Assembly (NCBI GenBank): GCA_023380585.1
Contig: JAMCRN010000009.1
Location: forward strand, 2,524 to 66,523
Direction: 5' to 3'
DNA from: Candidatus Parvarchaeota archaeon
GTDB lineage: Archaea; Nanobdellota; Nanobdellia; Parvarchaeales; Parvarchaeaceae
Length of the DNA: 64,000 nt
A model generated the notes under the pieces. It saw only the letters and a program-made list of their open reading frames with translations. It did no database searches and was not told the DNA's origin. Below are positions 59,123 through 64,000 of this stretch, piece after piece. Position numbers and translations under genes: made by a program. The stretch's first letter is position 1; every line of letters starts with the position of its first letter.

Positions 59123-60121
59123 ATGGACAAAAATAACATCGTTATAACTAGGACCCCTCTGAGGATAACTTTCTGCGGAGGCGGCACGGACATACCTGAA
59201 TACTATAAAAACAACTCTTACGGCTGTGCCGTCAACTCAGCCATAAACAAATACATTTACGTTACGGTAAACAAAAGGTTCGAGAACAATTTAAGGATAA
59301 AATACTCTTTGACGGAAAACGTTGACAGTGTAGAGGACATAAAGCACCCTTCTATAAGAGAATCCCTTAAATTCCTAGGGATAAAGAATTCAATTGAGAT
59401 AGACAGCATATCCGATATCCCTTCCAAGGGCACTGGCCTCGGCTCAAGCAGCACTTTTCTGGTAGGGTTATTGAACGGCCTGCATAATTGGCTCGGGGAA
59501 GAGCCGGGACCGAGACAGCTGGCAGAGGAAGCCGTAAAGATAGAGCGCGAAATACTTAAGGAAGCGGGCGGAAAACAAGACCAATATGTTGCGGCATACG
59601 GCGGCCTTAACTATATGAGGTTCAAAAGCGACGAGAGCGTGGAAGTCCGTCCTATACGCATGAACAAGAGGGACTTGAAGTCCTTAGAAGCAAGCCTTCT
59701 TTTGCTGTATACTGGCGGGGACAGGAGCTCCTCGGCCATCTTGGAAAAACAGAAGAAGGCCATATCTGATAAGACGGAACAGTACACAAAGATGAGGACT
59801 TTGACCGACAGCCTTTATGTTGATTTAGAAATGGGCAACTGGAAATCCACTGGTAAATACCTGGATGAGAACTGGAAGATAAAAAGGAGTTTTGAGGACA
59901 GCATCTCCAACGGTTTTATCGACAATGCTTACAATACTGCTATTTCAAAGGGAGCGGAAGGCGGTAAATTGGTCGGTGCGGGCGGCAGCGGCTTTCTTCT
60001 GTTGTTCGCCGATAAAAGCAGGCACGATGCAATAATGTCCGCTTTGCCATCTCTCAGGCAGGAGGACTTCCGCTTTGAAGACTCCGGCAGCAGCGTCTTA
60101 TACAAGTCTGCTACGACATAG
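59123..60121 (+). CDS. GHMP sugar kinase, HddA-like (heptose-7-phosphate kinase family)
   Basis: TPLRITFCGGGTD, GLGSSS, GKQDQY, GGKLVGAGGSGF. Confidence 0.9.
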   Translation: MDKNNIVITRTPLRITFCGGGTDIPEYYKNNSYGCAVNSAINKYIYVTVNKRFENNLRIKYSLTENVDSVEDIKHPSIRESLKFLGIKNSIEIDSISDIPSKGTGLGSSSTFLVGLLNGLHNWLGEEPGPRQLAEEAVKIEREILKEAGGKQDQYVAAYGGLNYMRFKSDESVEVRPIRMNKRDLKSLEASLLLLYTGGDRSSSAILEKQKKAISDKTEQYTKMRTLTDSLYVDLEMGNWKSTGKYLDENWKIKRSFEDSISNGFIDNAYNTAISKGAEGGKLVGAGGSGFLLLFADKSRHDAIMSALPSLRQEDFRFEDSGSSVLYKSATT

Positions 60122-60249
60122 GATCAACGAATTGGCTTCCATCGATGACTGCAAGTTTTAAGTAAGTATCATAGCAGATTATAAATTTTCCTCTTTTTCG
60201 TAGTACGTTTCCCATAAAACTATTTATTCACTATATATCTATCTCTTAT

Positions 60250-61422
60250 ATGAGCCTGACGCATAGATCTCAGTCAGCATTGGAGTACATGATGACCTAT
60301 GGCTGGGCCATCCTGATCATAGTCATCGTAGCCGCAGTCTTATACTCCTTAGGTATCTTCTCCCCATCCTCAAGCATATCAGCAACAGTAACGGGATTCT
60401 CCAATCTAGGTTCAGTAGCAGCACAATGCACAGCCAACGGAGTCTTAAGGATAAACCTAGGAGACTCGACAGGTTACCCTATAAACGTCACCGGTATAAC
60501 AGCAAAAGACTCCTCCACAGGACAGATATCAACATTCAAATCAAATTCCACGGTAGATCCTAATCCTATAATAGATGTGGGAGGCAGTTACATCTTCTCA
60601 GTTCCAAATGTATGTCCCCCTGCCGGCACTCATTACTCCATATCGACGACAGTAAACTACACCGAACCCGGACAGCCACTCCCAGGTCCATACACATCCA
60701 GTGGAACTATCTCTGGAACGGTATCGGCTACAAATCTGCCACCAAGTGTCCCCTACTTTAATGGCGTTAACGCCTATCTTTACTCATCAGGAACGCTTAA
60801 CGGTTTGCCGGTCGGCCGTAGTGCAAGAACGGTTACCGCGTGGTTTTACGCCACTAACCTAACTTCAAGCGGTGGCGGCCGTTCAAATGTTTTTGTGTAT
60901 GGCACAACTAACTGTAATCCAGATAGTATGTTTCATGTGTATATCAATTACGGCAGCGCGCCAAATATAGTTATGAATGCTTGGTGCACTGATACTTCGA
61001 TTAGTGGTGTTGTAGCCGGAAAGTGGTATTTTGTTTCATATGCAATTAATGGTTCCAGCACTCCAAATGGAGATACTTTCCAAACCGGTTATACAGCTTC
61101 GTATGGTGGTAATCTAGTGTTAGCAAAGGACGGTCCATACAATATAAGTACTAGTTCTGTTTCTGGAATAGACATAGCGAATCCTTACGGATCAAACTAT
61201 TATTTTCAAGGTTATATAACAAACATTCAAATATACAACTTTGAACTTTCTCAGGCTCAAATACAAACATTAGTAAATGAGGGTATTTACGGTGCGCCAG
61301 TAACAACTAGCGGTTTAGTTGCGTGGTATCCTCTAAACGGTAGCCTTTCATCGTATCTGGTAAGCAACACAGCATTCTCAAGTGCAAATGCAGTATTCAC
61401 TAGCGATTATCCCACGCCATAG
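60250..61422 (+). CDS. Pilin-like adhesin: class III signal peptide plus LamG domain
   Basis: RSQSALEYMMTYGW; FQGYITNIQIYN..LS...WYPLNG. Confidence 0.88.
   Translation: MSLTHRSQSALEYMMTYGWAILIIVIVAAVLYSLGIFSPSSSISATVTGFSNLGSVAAQCTANGVLRINLGDSTGYPINVTGITAKDSSTGQISTFKSNSTVDPNPIIDVGGSYIFSVPNVCPPAGTHYSISTTVNYTEPGQPLPGPYTSSGTISGTVSATNLPPSVPYFNGVNAYLYSSGTLNGLPVGRSARTVTAWFYATNLTSSGGGRSNVFVYGTTNCNPDSMFHVYINYGSAPNIVMNAWCTDTSISGVVAGKWYFVSYAINGSSTPNGDTFQTGYTASYGGNLVLAKDGPYNISTSSVSGIDIANPYGSNYYFQGYITNIQIYNFELSQAQIQTLVNEGIYGAPVTTSGLVAWYPLNGSLSSYLVSNTAFSSANAVFTSDYPTP
60268..60689 (+). repeat. Shared pilin 5' segment, copy B
   Basis: Near-identical to 49470-49891; similarity stops just after the NYTEPGQPLPGP codons. 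Confidence 0.9.
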
Positions 61423-61556
61423 TCTTAAATATTATCCTGCTCAGAATATTCTCAAGGAAGGCAAAATAGGCTAACATTTTTCTACGTTTTTGTGCTATTT
61501 TAAGTATTGAATCGATGCGCATCTAATTTAAAAGTATTAACATCTACTTTTATGTA

Positions 61557-62297
61557 ATGGACGTAGAAACGGCGAGGGCTAGATTTGTCCGCGGAGTAAA
61601 ACGCTGGCCATGGCTGCGTTATAGACTTGTCGCTCTCAGGCGCATTTTATACCGAATCATTTTCCACTTTCATTGGAAGAAATTGGAAAGAGATTATCTT
61701 TTGTCTCCCGGTTTGAAGAAGCTACAGGTCGGCAGCTGGACTAATCTACTTGATGGGTGGCTAAACACAGACTACTACCCACGAAAAAATGTTCCTTTTC
61801 TAGATGTTTTGAAACCTCTTCCGTTTCCTGATAATTCGTTCGACTATGTATTTTCAGAACATATGGTTGAGCATCTCCCTTTTGATGGCACATTTGGTTT
61901 TTTTGTCGAGTGTAATAGACTATTGAAAAAAAACGGAAAAATAAGGATAGCGACTCCTGGTCTGGAACTGCTTTTCAAGGTTTTCACGGAGAAGAACGAT
62001 GCTACAGTCAAAAGTTTTATATCCGCCAATGGAAGGCCACCTTCCCCAAAACTGAAAAAGCCGCTTGCTGCGTATGCGATAAATAGAACTTTCTATGGGC
62101 ATGGTCACAAGTTCATATACGATTTTAAGTCTTTGAAAGCATCTCTCGAGGCTGCAGGCTTCAGGAATGTTGTCAGATGCGTGCCTGGCAAGAGCAAAGA
62201 CAAAAATCTAAACAATATAGATAGACGTGAAATCGAGCCTCGTAATAGGAAAGGTTTCAATAGATTAGAAACCATAGTCGTGGAAGCAATCAAATAA
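61557..62297 (+). CDS. SAM-dependent methyltransferase (glycan-cluster type)
   Basis: KLQVGS, GWLNTD, LPFPDNSFD..FSEHMVEHL, RIATP. Confidence 0.88.
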   Translation: MDVETARARFVRGVKRWPWLRYRLVALRRILYRIIFHFHWKKLERDYLLSPGLKKLQVGSWTNLLDGWLNTDYYPRKNVPFLDVLKPLPFPDNSFDYVFSEHMVEHLPFDGTFGFFVECNRLLKKNGKIRIATPGLELLFKVFTEKNDATVKSFISANGRPPSPKLKKPLAAYAINRTFYGHGHKFIYDFKSLKASLEAAGFRNVVRCVPGKSKDKNLNNIDRREIEPRNRKGFNRLETIVVEAIK

Positions 62298-62308
62298 CGA
62301 GTATGATT

Positions 62309-62383
62309 TGGGGCAGCCGGGATTTGAACCCGGAACAACCTGAGCCCAAGTCAGGTATCATAGCCAAGTTAGATCACCACCCC
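62309..62383 (-). tRNA. tRNA-Pro(TGG)
   Basis: GGGGTGG/CTGCCCC acceptor; CCTGA-CT TGG GC-TCAGG anticodon arm; CCGGG-TTCAAAT-CCCGG T arm. Confidence 0.93.
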
Positions 62384-62436
62384 ACATCGATAGATATAAT
62401 TATCAAGTATAAAAAGTAATAGTTGTTAATCTTAAA

Positions 62437-63420
62437 ATGAAAGGAAAGCAACCGTTAGTGAGCATATATTCTACGGTTTTTAATAATTCAAAAATAATCA
62501 GGAAATCGATCGATTCTATAATCAGGCAGTTGCCGGACTTCTCCAGAAATTTTGAGTTGGTGATTGTCGACAATTTTTCAACGGACGGAACGTGGGATAT
62601 AATTAAAGAATATATGCTAAAACACGATAATATAGTAGCATTACAACTTCACTGTAATAGGGGAGAAGGCAGAGCCGTCGCTTATAATAATAGCACTGGC
62701 AAATTCATATTAAGCATCGATTTGGACCAGGTCTACGAGCCGATTTTTTCTAAATTTATTTATGGTTGCATTAAGTTTTACAAAACAGACACCATAATAA
62801 ATAATTTTATGGATAGGAAAACCATGGACAAAATTGGCAACTGGGGGCCGTTCTCAGGAGCAGAAGACTGGGAACTTTATGGCAGGGCTTTGTCAAAACA
62901 TGTTAAATTACGCTTTCTTCCGATTAATCTGTTTAAGAACGTCGTCGTTAAAGGCAGTAGAGAAAGGCGTTACTACACGAATCAGCTCAATGGAATAAAA
63001 AGGCGGTATTCTATTGTTAAGGACAGAATAATGGCTTTGGGCTTCCATCGACTTAAAGACGTGTTTGGTGTAAGAACGAGCGGCACCGTTGCCGCCAAGC
63101 TGGCATACATTCAATTGAAAATTCTTAATAAAAGAACTTATTCCTACTCCGATTACCGCTCAAATGAGGAATATTTTCACGCAAATATGGATTTTTTAGA
63201 CCCAGAGAAATTCGGAATACCTAAAGAGTATTGGGTTTGGAATGTGGCGTTAAGGCCAATTAGTTTAGATATTATAAACAAACTTCTCGACGCCCTTTTT
63301 AGATTAGGATTTAATAGAGTTAAGCTTGGAAGTAACCGCCATCTTATAGTTTTTACCGACAGAACAAAGCAAGACATACTGAAATTTTATTATAGTTTCT
63401 GGGAAAATTTCATCTTATGA
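62437..63420 (+). CDS. Glycosyltransferase family 2
   Basis: VIVDNFSTDGT, IDLD, AEDWE; AT-rich. Confidence 0.88.
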   Translation: MKGKQPLVSIYSTVFNNSKIIRKSIDSIIRQLPDFSRNFELVIVDNFSTDGTWDIIKEYMLKHDNIVALQLHCNRGEGRAVAYNNSTGKFILSIDLDQVYEPIFSKFIYGCIKFYKTDTIINNFMDRKTMDKIGNWGPFSGAEDWELYGRALSKHVKLRFLPINLFKNVVVKGSRERRYYTNQLNGIKRRYSIVKDRIMALGFHRLKDVFGVRTSGTVAAKLAYIQLKILNKRTYSYSDYRSNEEYFHANMDFLDPEKFGIPKEYWVWNVALRPISLDIINKLLDALFRLGFNRVKLGSNRHLIVFTDRTKQDILKFYYSFWENFIL

Positions 63421-63457
63421 AAGCTAAAATAGCAAAGAGCATATAAAAAGCATAAAA

Positions 63458-63895
63458 ATGTCGATAGCTAAACTAAATATTCTAAGGAAAAATGGACCCG
63501 TCACTAAAGTGACGATATATAGCAATTCAAACCAAAAACCCTGCGTAAGCTGTATAATTCTGTGTTACAACTCAGAACGCTTTCTTGGAGACGCTATTCG
63601 CTCTCTTTTCCTGCAGGACTTTAAAGAACCCTTTGAAATAGTTGTTGCATACGGCAGAGGCACGACCGACGGAACATTATCCAAGCTGATATCTGTGCTT
63701 AAGGAGAATCTAGGGGCATCAAAGAAAATAGCACTGTCCATCCTATTCCACAATAACACCACTGAATTCAGGGCCAGAGCCTTGGCTTTAAAATACGCAC
63801 GCGGAGAGTATATGTGCTTTTTAGACTACTATTCCGTTGCACAACTGTTTAATAGAATCGGCGCTTCTACCATTACATGGCTTCTAATAGGCTAA
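63458..63895 (+). pseudogene. Truncated GT2 glycosyltransferase
   Basis: CYNSE.F...AI.S...Q, TDGT, ARGEY..FLDY, then unrelated tail where the DxD motif should finish. Confidence 0.7.
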
Positions 63896-64000
63896 AAGAA
63901 GGACGAATTGTGTGGGGGCGTCCTTTAACAAAGGTGAGACCAATGGAAAAAGACGCCCTCCAACGAAAATCAGAGGCAGTGATAACTAAAATAGATGATG
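63830..64000 (+). mobile_element. Possible left end of an insertion element interrupting the GT2 gene
   Basis: Junction at TATTCCGTTGCACAACT; aaggacg/cgtcctt hairpin; GGTGA SD then ORF from 63943 (MEKDALQRKSEAVITKIDD...) running off the window. Confidence 0.4.

Noticed and set aside
49470-60689. Diversity-generating retroelement TR/VR pair in the pilin repeats
   Set aside because: Mismatches involve all four bases and are mostly at third codon positions, the repeat is the constant 5' part, and no reverse transcriptase is in the window.

Overview
Chromosomal window from an ultra-small DPANN-type archaeon, most like Parvarchaeota/ARMAN (inferred from archaeal Cdc6, deoxyhypusine synthase, RPA/SSB, TATA-driven mostly leaderless genes and an expanded 'SQSALEY' class III signal-peptide family). 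It contains a probable replication origin (ORB repeats around an AT-rich tract) next to cdc6, a type IV pilus ATPase plus two TadB/TadC-like genes, four pilin-like adhesins, nuoBCDHI with a distant nuoA, sufCBD, oxidative-stress and central-metabolism genes, a glycosylation cluster and two ordinary tRNAs (Val-CAC, Pro-TGG). Main highlights: (1) a circularly permuted tRNA-Lys(UUU) gene at 13783-13895 (-), with the 3' half upstream of the 5' half, a 1-nt spacer and a strict bulge-helix-bulge formed by leader and trailer; (2) dispersed pilin-like genes that share a near-identical 5' DNA segment but carry different adhesin heads; (3) a 121-nt structured intergenic RNA that looks like a highly divergent 5S rRNA; (4) tandem orphan paralogs that both end in an HbYX-like 'MYA', one split by an A9 frameshift. 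All calls are by eye from the sequence; no searches were run.
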